From the IMG/VR virus record IMGVR_UViG_2061766007_000665: a stretch of DNA of 64,000 nucleotides; one strand, 5' to 3'. A program made the position numbers and the translations under genes. The stretch is from an uncultured virus (IMG/VR IMGVR_UViG_2061766007_000665). Its lineage: Duplodnaviria > Heunggongvirae > Uroviricota > Caudoviricetes. Shown in pieces: positions 1 through 10,400 of this stretch (its first letter is position 1; each line of letters opens with the position of its first letter). The notes beneath the pieces were generated by a model that searched no databases, was not told the DNA's origin, and was given only the letters and a program-made list of their open reading frames with translations.

Positions 1-35
1 GTAGCTAGCCAGGTGCCATGTCTTGGAGGTATATA

Positions 36-772
36 ATGTCTAAGAATGCTCTTAAAAAAGAGCTGATGGTCGCTATAGCTATGTTACTAATCGCTGCCGT
101 CGCTCTTTCTGGTTCCACCTACGCGTGGTTCGCAATTAATAATACCGTTACCGCTACTGGTATGAGTATTACAACTACCACCAACAATAATTTGTTCATT
201 AAAGATATTGCGCCAGACGCAATTTCTGTTACAGATGATGGATTCATGACTTCTTGTGTGCAAGATGTCACTGGTATATTGGAGCCGGTATCCACANNNN
301 NNNNNNNNNNNNNTTAATGGTACAGGAGATGCAATAGAGAACGTTTATATCGATTATGCTACTACCGGTCTTGGAGATGCTACTGATACAACAGCGTTCG
401 CCAATGCTTTTTCTGAAAATTATAATGTGAACAAAACAGAGAGCCCTGAAGGGGCAAAAGGCTATGTTGATTATTCACTTTGTTTAAAGGCCGTTAATGC
501 AAAAAGCACAGCATATTATATTAATATGACCAGTCTTGTTCTGGCATATGTTAATAAAACAGATTCTGCTGANNNNNNNNNNNNNNNNNNNTAATCTTCG
601 TTTTGATTTACAAGATACTACTGGTGGCGTTACAGAGATTCAAAAGATGGCCACTCAGACAGCCAACGGCGTTAAATATTACTTTGATGGAACAGATTAT
701 TACAATGAATTAGGAGGAGACGCTCTTACTGGAGCTGATCTTACTTCGGCACAAGCTGCTTTTGCCGAATAA
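36..772 (+). CDS. Secreted protein with SipW-class (TasA/camelysin-type) signal peptide; joined across 2 N-gaps
   Basis: GGAGG then ATG at 36; N-terminus KK-hydrophobic-GSTYAWFAINNTV is the typical SipW-cognate leader; ORF pieces 18-317, 256-594 and 536-772 break only at N-runs. Confidence 0.7.
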
Positions 773-817
773 TATATAAATTAGATTTTCTTTTTTTCTA
801 ATTTTAAGGAGGTAAAA

Positions 818-2722
818 ATGTTAGTATTAGGCTATACTTTCTTTGATGAAAATAGTACCTCCACTCAAAGCGAATCTGTCGCTAATATAAAATTACTTAG
901 TCAATTTACTGTTCAAGTAGAGTTGATAGACCAGAGTGCTGACATCAGTTTACATGTGCTTGGTGTCAGCACACTGAGTCTCCCAGAAGATTATTTTGAA
1001 ATAATTGGAGTAAACAATACTACTTATAAGACAGTGTCGGTTATTACAAGCCCAGGAATCTATACTTTCCCGATTAGTGGGGTACAAAAAATACGTATGG
1101 TTTCTGATAGTCCAGTTGGAGGTTTTAAGGTCGTGGGCAATATAGCAAACAGTGACGCGAAGGCTACGCCTATCGTGCCAACTGGCAATATTAACATAAC
1201 TACTACTAATACGGTAGATGTTACTAAGTATGCTACTGCGAAAGTCGTAGATTCTAATTTGAAGGCTTCTAATATAGCCAAGGGAGTAAACATTCTGGGA
1301 ATCACTGGTTCCTATGAAGGCGGAATTACTCCTAGTGGAACATATAAAATAAATCAAAATGGCGTTTATGACATTACCGATTATGCAAATGTAAATGTCG
1401 CTGTTCCTCAAAGCTCCCAGATAGTTAATCGCATTAAGGCCGGCGTCAATTTTGTAAATCGTTTTGGAAATGTCATAGAAGTATGGACCCCAGAAGAAAT
1501 TTCTAGTAAAACAAATCTACCCGCTATTCCGAATGATGGGTCTATTTCTTGGAACTGGACAATTTCTGAAATTAAGCAATATGCTTCTACATATCCAAAG
1601 TCAGCCATAACTGTTGGCACATTTGTTGAGGCTCCAAATTCTAATACATGGCTTTATATTTCTGTTAAAGAAGGAAGAATGTCTCCATCTATTAGTTTTG
1701 CCGTTAATGGCAGCGCTACAATCGACTGGGGCGATCAGACCACCACAAGTGTTACAGGAAGTAGCTTAAGCACTTTAATTACTCAAAAGCACACGTATGC
1801 TGAGCCTGGAGTATATTTTATAGAAATTCAGTGTTCTGACGAAATGGCCTTTATAGGCAGTAGCACATATGGGTCTACTATTGTCTGGGCAAATAGCCAG
1901 TCTTCTCTTGCGAACAGAGTATATCAGAATAGTTTATTATATGTATATATTGGTGATGCTGTTACATCTATCAGCGCATATGCGTTTGCTCAATGTGGAT
2001 CATTAATGAATATATTCATTCACGATGGCATTGAGTCAATAGACACTAACGCATTCTTAAAGTGCATGTCATTAGAATATATGACGTGGCCTAGAATAAC
2101 CTCTATTCCTACTAATGCTTTTAATGGCTGTGGCATGCTTCAGTCCATTAGCGTTTCTCCGACAGTTCTTTCTATAGGTCAGACCGCTTTTGTAGATTGT
2201 TCTTCCATGTTAGACGTCGTTATACCTATTGGTTCTACGACTATTGGCACTGGCGCATTTAGTAGATGTTATGCTCTTAAATATATTGCTGTTCCAAGTA
2301 CAGTAACAACAATTGGAGAATCTGCATTTTATAAATGTGTTGCGATATCGCAAATTGATTTTGATGCAAGTATTGTAGATATTAATCAATATACATTTAA
2401 TATTTGTACTTCTTTGTCAGTATTTAATAATGCATCAAATTATCGGACAATGAATACAGACGCATTTAATGAATGCGTTTCTCTTTCTTCGTTTATAATT
2501 CCATCATCTACTGTTACTATAGAAAGAGGAGTGTTTGTTAACTGTTCTGGTTTAGGCTTTATTAAATTTGAAGGGACAACTCCACCAGCTGTTACAAATT
2601 CTGCTGTTTGGACCGGTGTTCCAAAAGATTGTAAGATTTTAGTTCCTGCTGGAACATTGTCTAGCTATACAAGCGCAACAAATTATCCTTCTTCTTCTGA
2701 ATATACATACGAGGAGTATTAA
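818..2722 (+). CDS. BspA-like leucine-rich-repeat virion/adhesion protein with an N-terminal tail module (YomS-like)
   Basis: C-terminal repeats xIPxxVTxIGxxAFxxCxxL (LRR_5 type) with PPxxxxxxW...IxVP cap; first 110 aa resemble ORF 3077; NIAKGVNILGITGS phage fibre motif. Confidence 0.85.
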   Translation: MLVLGYTFFDENSTSTQSESVANIKLLSQFTVQVELIDQSADISLHVLGVSTLSLPEDYFEIIGVNNTTYKTVSVITSPGIYTFPISGVQKIRMVSDSPVGGFKVVGNIANSDAKATPIVPTGNINITTTNTVDVTKYATAKVVDSNLKASNIAKGVNILGITGSYEGGITPSGTYKINQNGVYDITDYANVNVAVPQSSQIVNRIKAGVNFVNRFGNVIEVWTPEEISSKTNLPAIPNDGSISWNWTISEIKQYASTYPKSAITVGTFVEAPNSNTWLYISVKEGRMSPSISFAVNGSATIDWGDQTTTSVTGSSLSTLITQKHTYAEPGVYFIEIQCSDEMAFIGSSTYGSTIVWANSQSSLANRVYQNSLLYVYIGDAVTSISAYAFAQCGSLMNIFIHDGIESIDTNAFLKCMSLEYMTWPRITSIPTNAFNGCGMLQSISVSPTVLSIGQTAFVDCSSMLDVVIPIGSTTIGTGAFSRCYALKYIAVPSTVTTIGESAFYKCVAISQIDFDASIVDINQYTFNICTSLSVFNNASNYRTMNTDAFNECVSLSSFIIPSSTVTIERGVFVNCSGLGFIKFEGTTPPAVTNSAVWTGVPKDCKILVPAGTLSSYTSATNYPSSSEYTYEEY

Positions 2723-2723
2723 T

Positions 2724-2870
2724 ATGATTTTAACAGAGTTGTTGAATGATGGAACAAGAATACGTCATTATTCTGATTTAGGCATGAGAATTATACAAAA
2801 AGAAACTGATATACTTTATGATGATGCTATTGACGTAGTTCCTTGCGCGTATACATNNNNNNNNNNNNNN
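2724..2870 (+). CDS. Small phage protein accompanying the BspA-LRR gene; true stop probably in the N-gap
   Basis: Starts 1 nt after the LRR stop; RHYSDxGMRIxQxET...YDDAIDV; followed by a terminator. Confidence 0.6.
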
Positions 2871-2885
2871 CGAGAATTAAAAGTT

Positions 2886-2929
2886 CACGTCAAGCTGCTT
2901 ATTAACTTAAGCGGCTTGACGTGTTTTTT
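2886..2929 (+). terminator. Rho-independent terminator
   Basis: CACGTCAAGCTGCTTA-loop-TAAGCGGCTTGACGTG followed by a T-tract. Confidence 0.8.
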
Positions 2930-3076
2930 AAAATCTATTTTTTATTACCACTAAAATTGAAAATTAAACGCCGTTATTAATGCGTTTTACATAAAGAGAG
3001 GCTTCGTGCCTCACCCATAAGTTTTTAATTTTTTATTTTTTTNNNNNNNNNNNNNNNNNNNNNNNNNNNNNNNNNC

Positions 3077-3394
3077 GTGTTTTTTGACAACACTAGTACT
3101 TCTACTACTAGTAATCCTCTTGCCAACCCGAACAATGCTTCAACAATAGTGATTACTGTTAGCGGGTTAACAGCAGCGGGTGGCTCATTAAGCATTGAAG
3201 CCCTTAACGATCTTTCACAAAAAGACACGTATTTTCCGATAAGCGCCATAGGCCTCTTTGATTATGACGTTTATCAAACCATTACAGAAGATGGTATTTA
3301 CGTTATTCCTTTTGAAGGACTGTATAGATGTAGGATGAATTCATCTATTGCTCCTGGATCTTTTAAAGTTTACGGTCTTTCTATAGAAGGGTAG
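3077..3394 (+). CDS. Small tail protein, SPbeta YomS-like; start lies in the N-gap
   Basis: FFDxxSTS...TIxxxGIYxxPxxGxxxxRM...GxFKVxG pattern shared with the N-terminus of ORF 818; precedes a fibre gene as in SPbeta (recalled, not searched). Confidence 0.55.
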   Translation: MFFDNTSTSTTSNPLANPNNASTIVITVSGLTAAGGSLSIEALNDLSQKDTYFPISAIGLFDYDVYQTITEDGIYVIPFEGLYRCRMNSSIAPGSFKVYGLSIEG

Positions 3395-3401
3395 GTGTAT
3401 T

Positions 3402-6362
3402 ATGGCTATAGACTGGATTGCTAGAGCAATGGCAATGGCCGGTGGGTCTTCTAAGTCAGTTGTTTGTACTGATGCTGCGTCTACCCCCGAAGGAATTCGT
3501 TGGAATACTGGCGATGGAGAAGTGATTGGTACGCTTAGCGCCGAAGATGCAAAAGGCGGCTTTTATATGGTTCCAAGCAGTACAGAAGGCACTCAGGAAG
3601 AAGGTCGCTTTGAGCGATCCCTTAATGGCGGACCAATTATTTATATGGTTGAAGACGGTAATTGGACTAAAGTTACAACCACAGAAATAGATATTAGAGA
3701 GCAGGCTGTTAGATATTTACTTAGTGCTTCTGGCGAAGAATATACTTATGAACAGATCGCTTCTCTTCATAACCTTGAAATTAGAAGTGTGGATGAATTA
3801 CCTCCCGCTTCTATTGATACGCTTAATGCTATTTATCTTGTACCAAGCGAAAGCGGCGAAACTAAAGAGGAATATGTTACCGTTGTTTCTACTGTACAAG
3901 GTGAGACTGTTTATTCTTGGGATCAGATTGGTGATACTGAAATTGACCTTTCTGGTTATGCGCATAAAATTGTTGGTGGCACTACTGGTAATTTAGTTGC
4001 TTTTGATAATACTGGCGACTTAGTTGACTCTGGTAGTAAAGTTAGTGATTTTCAGAGTAAGATTCAGTATATTACTCTTGAGCATGGTTCTGGTACTTTA
4101 ACTCAGGCACAACATGATACGCTGTTTGCACAGAATGGATATGCTTGTATAGTTTATCAAGATGTTAATGGGCAATCTATACTTGAAAGAAGTGGTGTTA
4201 GTGGTTCTGTATTCTACTGGACTGCTACTGAAATAAATGGTAATCAACTTCTTACAAAACAGATAGGAGTTAATTTTACAACTGATGCTTGGGAGTATTC
4301 TGTTAAAGAACTTGAAGAGAAGATTGATTTAATTGAAATTGATACTTCTACTTTGCCAGCGACTTTAGATCAGACTACTTACAGTACATTATTTAGTTCT
4401 AAACTTAATAAGATTGTTGATATAGCACAAGATGATCATCATACTAGAAATAGAGTTTATAGCTATGTAGATGATATTTTTGATGACGTTGCTGAAAAAA
4501 CTTATACAAGATTCGGTTGCATTTATAGTGATGGCGCGATTATAAAGAGAAGTATTATTACTATTGATAGAAGTAATAGAAACTGCTCCGCGCCGTCCGA
4601 TACTGCATTACAGGATGAGATTAGAATCGTAAATATTTCTACTGATTCTGGTACTTTATCTGCGGCTGATTTAGCTACTCTCACTAATTCTGATTTTAAT
4701 ATAATTAAGAATACTACTACTGGAGATGAGTATAGATTAGTTAATAAGGTTTCTGGAACATCTATATATGCTAATAAAAAAGCAGAGACAGGTTATGTTC
4801 CGGACCCAAATTCATTAAATAAGATTGACCCTTATGCAATCACTCTTACTACTAGTAGGGTAGAGGGTTTGACCTGGTCTGTTGGTAACGATAGAGAAAC
4901 AATTAATGTTTCATGGACTCGTGGCAATTATGATTCATTTTCAGTAAGAGCTCCACTTTCAGAAAGCATTTCTAAGGACTCTGGTATTACTGTTTATGCT
5001 ACCAGCTTTGGCGGAAAGAATGTTAGTTGTTATAATGCAGATACTTTTACACAATCAATACAAATAAATTCTTCAACATATGTAGCATCTGCATCACCAC
5101 AACAGATGCCAAATTCGGTAGATAGTATTAGAGTCCCTTCAGGTCAGCTTCAAGCTGGTGGGGGTTCTCGTTCTTTTAAGCTTGCCGCTTATCCATTTAA
5201 TAATGCATCTTATAGCCAATATGATTCGTTTTATAAGGAAGTGGCAACAGGAAGTAGTAGTAATTATCTGCAACTAAATACTTCTACCGGTGTTTACAGC
5301 ATATCTAATTTCAATAATGAACCGAGAACATCTGCCACTGGTATATTAAAGAAAGTCCAGTCTACAGATGTAATAACTTCTGCTGTTGCTGGTACTGATT
5401 ATATTGCGCCAAATGATTCTCGTCTAGTTCCAAGTGGCGGNNNNNNNNNNNNNNNNNNNNNNNNNNNNAATTCAGATTATGCAACCGAATGGGTAACTTA
5501 TTCTCCGGTCGAACTCTTTAATCTTGACTATGACAGTGAGACAGAAAAGTTCATTCTTCTTGAAGCGGATTACGAAAGATTTGAAGGCGCGCTAACTGCG
5601 CATAAGACAATCAAATTCGTCTTTGATGCTAACATGATTCCTTCTGAATTAATAGAAATTATTAATGATGAAGAAGAAGATCATTATATCTTTAAGTTTA
5701 CACATAATACTGCTAAGGTTGAAAGAGTAACGGTTCCTTATGAAGAAGTAGATGGACATTACTTAATTATTGATCTTGAAGCGGGAGAAAAGGTTCTTTG
5801 GACTTCTGATCTTCCAAAAGTATTTGAAGTTACTCTTAATAAAAATTCTTGGGAAGATCGTGAACAAGTTGTAGAAAGTGAAAACTTTTTTGCTGAAGGC
5901 TTCTTATATTCGGTAGAACCAAAAACAAACATGGATAATGTTATTGCTACTGAGGCTGAAATTGAAGCAATAGATGTTATTGATGGCGAAATGACATTTG
6001 CTTATGGTGGTGTTGCACCAACTGCTAATGTAACTTTTATTGTTAGAGCAGAGCGTGCAGAAATTGATGTTCCAGAACCAGAGCAAGATGGTTCAAAATC
6101 AATTGTTACAACAATATCTTATGATGAAGCATTTACATTAACTCCTCCTGTTGACATGCAAGAAGTTTATGAAAATTTATCGAATGGAATCCCTGTACAT
6201 ATAATGACAAGAAGCAACGAAATGAATTTTGATGTTTCTTCCCTAGTTTCTTCATTTATTTATTCTGGAACCCCTGAAAACCATACAGCGAGTCTTACTA
6301 CTTCTTATATGTATATACAGGAAGAAAGTGGCAACGATCCAGAAATTAATCCTTATTGGTAA
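3402..6362 (+). CDS. Tail fibre / receptor-binding-like modular protein (986 aa)
   Basis: MAIDWIARAMA start; fibre motifs VDELP...IYLVP...EEY...WDQIGDTEIDLSGY, TTGNLVAFDNTGDLVDSG and GILK...TSAVAGTDY. Confidence 0.75.
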   Translation: MAIDWIARAMAMAGGSSKSVVCTDAASTPEGIRWNTGDGEVIGTLSAEDAKGGFYMVPSSTEGTQEEGRFERSLNGGPIIYMVEDGNWTKVTTTEIDIREQAVRYLLSASGEEYTYEQIASLHNLEIRSVDELPPASIDTLNAIYLVPSESGETKEEYVTVVSTVQGETVYSWDQIGDTEIDLSGYAHKIVGGTTGNLVAFDNTGDLVDSGSKVSDFQSKIQYITLEHGSGTLTQAQHDTLFAQNGYACIVYQDVNGQSILERSGVSGSVFYWTATEINGNQLLTKQIGVNFTTDAWEYSVKELEEKIDLIEIDTSTLPATLDQTTYSTLFSSKLNKIVDIAQDDHHTRNRVYSYVDDIFDDVAEKTYTRFGCIYSDGAIIKRSIITIDRSNRNCSAPSDTALQDEIRIVNISTDSGTLSAADLATLTNSDFNIIKNTTTGDEYRLVNKVSGTSIYANKKAETGYVPDPNSLNKIDPYAITLTTSRVEGLTWSVGNDRETINVSWTRGNYDSFSVRAPLSESISKDSGITVYATSFGGKNVSCYNADTFTQSIQINSSTYVASASPQQMPNSVDSIRVPSGQLQAGGGSRSFKLAAYPFNNASYSQYDSFYKEVATGSSSNYLQLNTSTGVYSISNFNNEPRTSATGILKKVQSTDVITSAVAGTDYIAPNDSRLVPSGXXXXXXXXXXNSDYATEWVTYSPVELFNLDYDSETEKFILLEADYERFEGALTAHKTIKFVFDANMIPSELIEIINDEEEDHYIFKFTHNTAKVERVTVPYEEVDGHYLIIDLEAGEKVLWTSDLPKVFEVTLNKNSWEDREQVVESENFFAEGFLYSVEPKTNMDNVIATEAEIEAIDVIDGEMTFAYGGVAPTANVTFIVRAERAEIDVPEPEQDGSKSIVTTISYDEAFTLTPPVDMQEVYENLSNGIPVHIMTRSNEMNFDVSSLVSSFIYSGTPENHTASLTTSYMYIQEESGNDPEINPYW

Positions 6363-6374
6363 TGGGAGGGAAAG

Positions 6375-6662
6375 ATGTTAGATCAAATATATCCACAAGT
6401 TTATACGATAAATGCTACTGTTTCTGATAATGTTTTTGATTCAGAAGACACTATAGGGACAATAGAAGAATTACTAGGATTTAATCGCGCTGGAGTACCG
6501 GTTTATATAATAGTAAATGTTTCTAATTCTGAAATTTTTAGCAAATTAATTTTTAGAATGTATCAAATTGATTCAGAATATTCGCATTTTAGTATTTCTA
6601 ACTATGCTTTAAAATTTGACCAAAATGGCAATTTTGATAGTAGCGAATATTGGGGCAGATAA
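6375..6662 (+). CDS. Short acidic protein, member of paralog array
   Basis: GGAGG SD; PQVYTINAT and TIEELLGFNRAGVPV motifs. Confidence 0.7.
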   Translation: MLDQIYPQVYTINATVSDNVFDSEDTIGTIEELLGFNRAGVPVYIIVNVSNSEIFSKLIFRMYQIDSEYSHFSISNYALKFDQNGNFDSSEYWGR

Positions 6663-6682
6663 ATATGAAACGAGGCTGAATT

Positions 6683-7039
6683 ATGAGTGATTATTATAAA
6701 ATATGTGGTGCTTTTAGCTGGGATAGCGATAATGGAGATCCCCATCCAGTAATTCAATTAGATAAAACACTTCTTGAAATTCGTGATGATATTGAATCTG
6801 CAGATGAACCATTGATTCCACTAGTAATGTTAACTGGTACTATTACTTTTTTGGGCGATACATTTTCTTGTGTTTCTACTGCAGTTCCTGAATCTATATA
6901 CCCTTTTACCGTTGATGGTTATGAACTTCCTTCTAGCATTCTTATTGATTTTAATATTGAGAGTGTAAATTATGTAATTACAGAAGACGGAAGATTAATG
7001 CCTAGACAGGATTATATTAGCGAAGTTTATGGGGAATAA
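6683..7039 (+). CDS. Short acidic protein, member of paralog array
   Basis: GAGG SD; DKTLLEIRDDI...IPLV motif. Confidence 0.7.
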   Translation: MSDYYKICGAFSWDSDNGDPHPVIQLDKTLLEIRDDIESADEPLIPLVMLTGTITFLGDTFSCVSTAVPESIYPFTVDGYELPSSILIDFNIESVNYVITEDGRLMPRQDYISEVYGE

Positions 7040-7056
7040 CATAAGGAGTTTTAATT

Positions 7057-7803
7057 ATGAGCTATGTAATAAATAAAAATAAAAACAAAATAGCAAGATA
7101 TCTAACTGACTCTGAGTTTAATCTCCATACTTATGAAGATGTAATTAGTTCAGTAATAAAAACTTTTGACATTACATTAAATAAAGATAATTGGGAAGAA
7201 CAATTACAAACTATAGAAAATGAATTGTTTCTTGCATTAGGTCGTTCTTACTTAATTAAGCCAAAAACTGAAGCTGATGAAATTCAAGTTATTGGCGCCG
7301 AAGTAAAAGCGGTTGAAGTTCTTGATGGAGAAATGACTTTTACTTATGAAGGACCCGCGCCTACTGAAAACATCTCTTTAATTATTAAAACTATAGTAAT
7401 TGAAGAAGAAGCTCCTTCAGTAATTCAAGCTTGTATGTTTGAAGGCAACATTTTAGTTGAAGGTGATGGGCAGGGCGAATATTCTGTAGATTGGGCTGAA
7501 TTAACCAATGAAGAAGTAAAGGGAAAAATAGATGAAGGTTACATTCCATTTTATACAGGCACAGCTCAATTAACAGTCCCTAGTGAGGAATATACTGCTC
7601 CAGAAAAAGGATTCCAAGCGTTTACTAATATACAACATTATACATATATTGATGAACAAACGTATGAAATTGATTATATAGGAATATACGCTGGTCAAGA
7701 ACATATTTTTGAACAAGAAAAAGATATAAATACTGGAGAGGTCCATCCGAACCCCAATTACGGATGGTTTGAAATGACTCCTCCATATGAGCCAGAGCCA
7801 TAA
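7057..7803 (+). CDS. Acidic protein paralogous to the C-terminal part of fibre 3402 and to ORFs 8566 and 10401
   Basis: KTFDITLNKDNWEEQLQTIENELF...VLDGEMTFTYEGPAPT versus KVFEVTLNKNSWEDREQVVESENF...VIDGEMTFAYGGVAPT in 3402. Confidence 0.8.
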   Translation: MSYVINKNKNKIARYLTDSEFNLHTYEDVISSVIKTFDITLNKDNWEEQLQTIENELFLALGRSYLIKPKTEADEIQVIGAEVKAVEVLDGEMTFTYEGPAPTENISLIIKTIVIEEEAPSVIQACMFEGNILVEGDGQGEYSVDWAELTNEEVKGKIDEGYIPFYTGTAQLTVPSEEYTAPEKGFQAFTNIQHYTYIDEQTYEIDYIGIYAGQEHIFEQEKDINTGEVHPNPNYGWFEMTPPYEPEP

Positions 7804-7820
7804 TTTTAAGGAGGAAATAT

Positions 7821-8215
7821 ATGAGTATATTTTTAGTAAATACACCGCAAGTATATCATATTATTGCCACTCCTAATATNNNNNNNNNNNNNNNNNNNNN
7901 NNNNNNNNNNNNNNNNNNNNNNNNNNNNNNNNNNNNNNNNNNNNNNNNNNNNNNNNNNNNNNNNNNNNNNNNNNNNNNNNNNNNNNNNNNNNNNNNNNNN
8001 NNNNNNNNNNNNNNNNNNNNNNNNNNNNNNNNNNNNNNNNNNNNNNNNNNNNNNNNNNNNNNNNNNNNNNNNNNNNNNNNNNNNNNNNNNNNNNNNNCTT
8101 CGGCGCTGATATTATTACATTATCTTTAAATATGTTATTTGAAGACCAATGCATGTTTACTGATGATACTAATCAAATATCTATTATAATTACTTCTAAT
8201 AATGAAATTATACTT
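7821..8215 (+). CDS. Short protein, paralog of 6375; interrupted by an N-gap and ends in a gap
   Basis: GGAGG SD; PQVYHIIAT; a stop-free frame resumes after the gap (FGADIITLSLN...IITSNNEIIL). Confidence 0.55.
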
Positions 8216-8264
8216 NNNNNNNNNNNNNNNNNNNNNNNNNNNNNNNNNNNNNNNNNNNNNNNNN

Positions 8265-8552
8265 CTTAATAGCTCTACAACAACTTATTCGAAAACAAAT
8301 TATACCAAAGAAGAAATATTAAGTATTTTAGAAAATTCTTCTTATAATGTTATTCCCATACTTAAATGTAGTACAGAAAGTACTGACGGATTGATGTCTG
8401 GTGTTTCTTTTAATACTGTTAAGTATCCACACAAATATTTTAATAATAGTGGACAAGAACCAACAGAGTATACATTTGTTTTTAATGAACCGTGTAGCAA
8501 TATATTGTTTACAATAGATAATGAAGGAAATCTTATTTCTTTAGATGATTAA
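8265..8552 (+). CDS. Short acidic protein (start in gap), paralog of 10061
   Basis: TKEEILSILENSSYNVIPILK versus TGEQIINFLKEKNYEVVPILR. Confidence 0.65.
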   Translation, partial: LNSSTTTYSKTNYTKEEILSILENSSYNVIPILKCSTESTDGLMSGVSFNTVKYPHKYFNNSGQEPTEYTFVFNEPCSNILFTIDNEGNLISLDD

Positions 8553-8565
8553 TGGAGGGAGAATA

Positions 8566-9027
8566 ATGAGCACTGTATCAAATAGTTTAACTAAATATTC
8601 AAAATATCTCATTGATTCTTCCTTTGAGACACATTCATATGATGATATTGTAAGAGAAATCTCGCCAGAGCTTTTTAGTGTAGTACTTCCTTCATCTGAT
8701 TGGCACGAAGAAGAAAAAACCCAGGTTATTGAAAATGAAATTTTTTCGAGCACGGGATATGTATATACTATAAATATTTTTTCTGATGAAGAGAAAATTC
8801 AATGGGTTGGAGCAGATATTTCTGTAGCTGTTGAAGATGGGAGTGCTATTTTTTCTTACGCTGCTTCAAAACCAACGAGTAACATTAATGTATGGTTGGT
8901 AAGAGAAAGCCTAGAAGGCGAGTCTAATGTTGTTTGTGCCACTAATGAAATTATTCTTGATGATCAGGGCAATATAGAATCTAGTTCTATGTCTATTGAC
9001 GATATGATTGCCGCTTTGGAGGGATAA
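8566..9027 (+). CDS. Acidic protein, paralog of 7057 and 10401
   Basis: GGAGG SD before ATG 8566; KYLIDSSFETHSYDDI; DW...QVIENEIF...VEDGSAIFSY..SKPT. Confidence 0.75.
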   Translation: MSTVSNSLTKYSKYLIDSSFETHSYDDIVREISPELFSVVLPSSDWHEEEKTQVIENEIFSSTGYVYTINIFSDEEKIQWVGADISVAVEDGSAIFSYAASKPTSNINVWLVRESLEGESNVVCATNEIILDDQGNIESSSMSIDDMIAALEG

Positions 9028-9028
9028 A

Positions 9029-9310
9029 ATGAAGTATTTAAGTTCTAACGTGGTAACAAACATTGATAATAATGGTAAAAAATCAACTATAATTTATTGT
9101 TTACCGGTAATAGAATATTCTNNNNNNNNNNNNNNNNNNNNAGAATTTTATGGAAATGTAGCCTCAGAGTTTCAAGATTATGATGTTACTCTTTTTACTT
9201 ATTTGACTAATGACCCAGAATTATCGCAAGATTTTTATGATATCTCCCAAGCGATTGCGGCTTCTATGGTTGGGTCAATTGACGACGGGGGAGGAGAGGT
9301 GATAAAATGA
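9029..9310 (+). CDS. Short acidic hypothetical protein
   Basis: GGAGGG SD overlapping the upstream stop; ATG at 9029. Confidence 0.6.
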   Translation: MKYLSSNVVTNIDNNGKKSTIIYCLPVIEYSXXXXXXXEFYGNVASEFQDYDVTLFTYLTNDPELSQDFYDISQAIAASMVGSIDDGGGEVIK

Positions 9311-10046
9311 TTTNNNNNNNNNNNNNNNNNNNNNNNNTATTCATTTTTATTTAAATTCATTGGTTGATCGAACTTCGTGCGTTTCGGATTCTGATGCAAG
9401 TGCTGTTTATAATGCGGTTGCTGAAGGAATTCCAGTAATTGGTGTTTTTCATGTAACGTTTGACGATAATTCTGTTCATATTTATGAGGCGCAAGAAGCT
9501 TATAATATTATAGATGGTGGTGGAGATTTAGAAACCCCATGCATAGTAAAATATGCCGAAGAAGGCCAATATATTCCAATTTTTGAAGTAGAAGCTGGCA
9601 TGACTTTTGGTTTTTTGGAGCTTTTAAGCACTTGGATGGGTGATACTAATAATTTTGATGTAGAATTAAGAGCAAAATTATATAGCAATCTTCCATATAA
9701 TGATTATACTTTTAGTTATAATAAAGTTATGGAAGGATCTGATGAATTAACATTTATGTCCCCTTCTTATGAATTTTCAATTAAGAATGGTCCAGAACAT
9801 CCTATTTTATTAGGCTTTAATGCAAATACATCATCTGATATATATATTATGCCAGCGTTTACTACATCTAAATGCGAATTAGAGCCTGGTGTTTATACTT
9901 ATTACGCAGTATTTCAGACATACTCTAGTGATAATGCAATCACAATTCAAATGAAAAATGATATGGTTCGTTTTGCTAACGGTGTAGACGATGATATGAC
10001 TGACTGGGATTATTCTAATGACGATTCCAACATTGTTACGAATTAA
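9307..10046 (+). CDS. Acidic hypothetical protein of the array
   Basis: ATGA overlap at 9307 with SD; AVYNAVAEGIPV motif. Confidence 0.65.
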
Positions 10047-10060
10047 AAGGGGGGTAAAAA

Positions 10061-10390
10061 ATGAATAGTATATTAGTTGTTGATACAACTTTTGATGGTT
10101 CCTCCTTTACTAATGCGAGTATGACTGGAGAACAAATTATTAATTTTTTAAAAGAAAAGAATTATGAAGTTGTTCCAATATTACGTGTTACTACAATTCC
10201 TGGTCGAGCTGTCGCTTCTGGCAATAGTATAAAATATATGATTATTTCTGCGCCATGCTCTGGATATTCACAAGCAGAATTCATTGAAGAGCTCCCCATA
10301 AAAAGGAATTTGTTTGTACCAGATCGACATGATGGTCAAAATTTGTTTATTAAGTATGATACCGGTGAAATTTATGCTGGTGAAAAATAG
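10061..10390 (+). CDS. Short protein, paralog of 8265
   Basis: GGGGG SD; MTGEQIINFL...VVPIL. Confidence 0.7.
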   Translation: MNSILVVDTTFDGSSFTNASMTGEQIINFLKEKNYEVVPILRVTTIPGRAVASGNSIKYMIISAPCSGYSQAEFIEELPIKRNLFVPDRHDGQNLFIKYDTGEIYAGEK

Positions 10391-10400
10391 GTGTTAAAAA

